Below, piece after piece: positions 63,746 through 64,000 of a stretch of DNA of 64,000 nt. The first letter of the stretch is position 1. Each line of letters starts with the position of its first letter. The DNA lies in the NCBI GenBank assembly GCA_012840345.1, contig DULO01000093.1, positions 1,788 through 65,787 on the forward strand, given 5' to 3'. The translations under genes and the position numbers were made by a program. The stretch comes from Candidatus Fermentithermobacillaceae bacterium (GTDB taxonomy: Bacteria; Bacillota; Sulfobacillia; Fermentithermobacillales; Fermentithermobacillaceae). Below the pieces are notes generated by a model that did no database searches, had not been told where the DNA came from, and saw only the letters and a program-made list of their open reading frames with translations.

Positions 63746-64000
63746 TTGACTCAAGAACTTGCGAAAGCCTACGATCCCAAGAGTTTTGAGAAGAAGTGGT
63801 ATCAGTACTGGATGGACAACGGCTTGTTCAGAGCCGAGGTCCGGCCGGGCAAGCCCAGGTTTTCCATAGTGATCCCTCCGCCCAACATAACCGGTTCTTT
63901 GCACATAGGTCACGCCCTGGACGAGACCATCCAGGACATCCTGGTAAGGTACAACCGGATGCTGGGCAACGAGACACTGTGGCTGCCCGGCACCGACCAC
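63746..64000 (+). CDS. valS: valyl-tRNA synthetase (N-terminal fragment; continues past the window end)
   Basis: The TTG start is preceded by an AGGAGAAGGTGG ribosome-binding site. The product (L)[27 protein letters not shown]...[15 protein letters not shown] carries the class I HIGH motif. Confidence 0.9.
   Translation, partial: MTQELAKAYDPKSFEKKWYQYWMDNGLFRAEVRPGKPRFSIVIPPPNITGSLHIGHALDETIQDILVRYNRMLGNETLWLPGTDH

Overview
This 64-kb window is a high-GC (~57-58%) chromosomal segment from a spore-forming Firmicute, Clostridia-like in gene content. Almost every gene is on the minus strand and follows conserved Bacillus/Clostridium 'yqf/yqe' neighbourhoods. In order along the window: a partial MarR regulator, the tmRNA (ssrA) next to smpB, an HD protein, and a membrane H+-pyrophosphatase. 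Then secG and the glycolytic operon gap-pgk-tpi-gpmI-eno, a split chrA pair, and the dgt-dnaG-rpoD operon. Next are ppdK, glyQS, and the cluster recO-dgkA-ybeY-pgpH-phoH-yqfD-yqfC plus rpsU. These are followed by ddl, mtaB, pdaB-like, rsmE, and an hrcA-CIRCE heat-shock locus. In that locus an archaeal-like (group II/III) chaperonin sits where grpE-dnaK would be expected, followed by dnaJ. After spoIIP comes a plus-strand methionine operon controlled by a SAM-I riboswitch: metF, a short metH lacking the reactivation domain, a RACo-like 2Fe-2S/ASKHA activase, a COG1900 (DUF39) homocysteine-synthesis protein with its ferredoxin, and a COG2122/UPF0280 gene. The remainder holds a satD-DUF3307 pair, a tRNA cluster (Asn, Met, Glu), a livJHMGF operon, an Amidase_6 protein, CoA-transferase A/B plus thiolase, and a T-box leader ahead of valS (truncated at the window end). 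Two things stand out beyond the gene list. First, the sequence carries many short tandem repeats: a 62-bp hairpin-containing array (about 8 copies), and 15-17-bp arrays that include in-frame insertions inside two CDSs. Second, next to the tRNA cluster is a small islet flanked by repeats. It encodes a translationally coupled small basic protein and a protein with a nucleoside-2-deoxyribosyltransferase/TIR-like (SLOG) motif. This is the best candidate here for an undescribed accessory or defence-type module.
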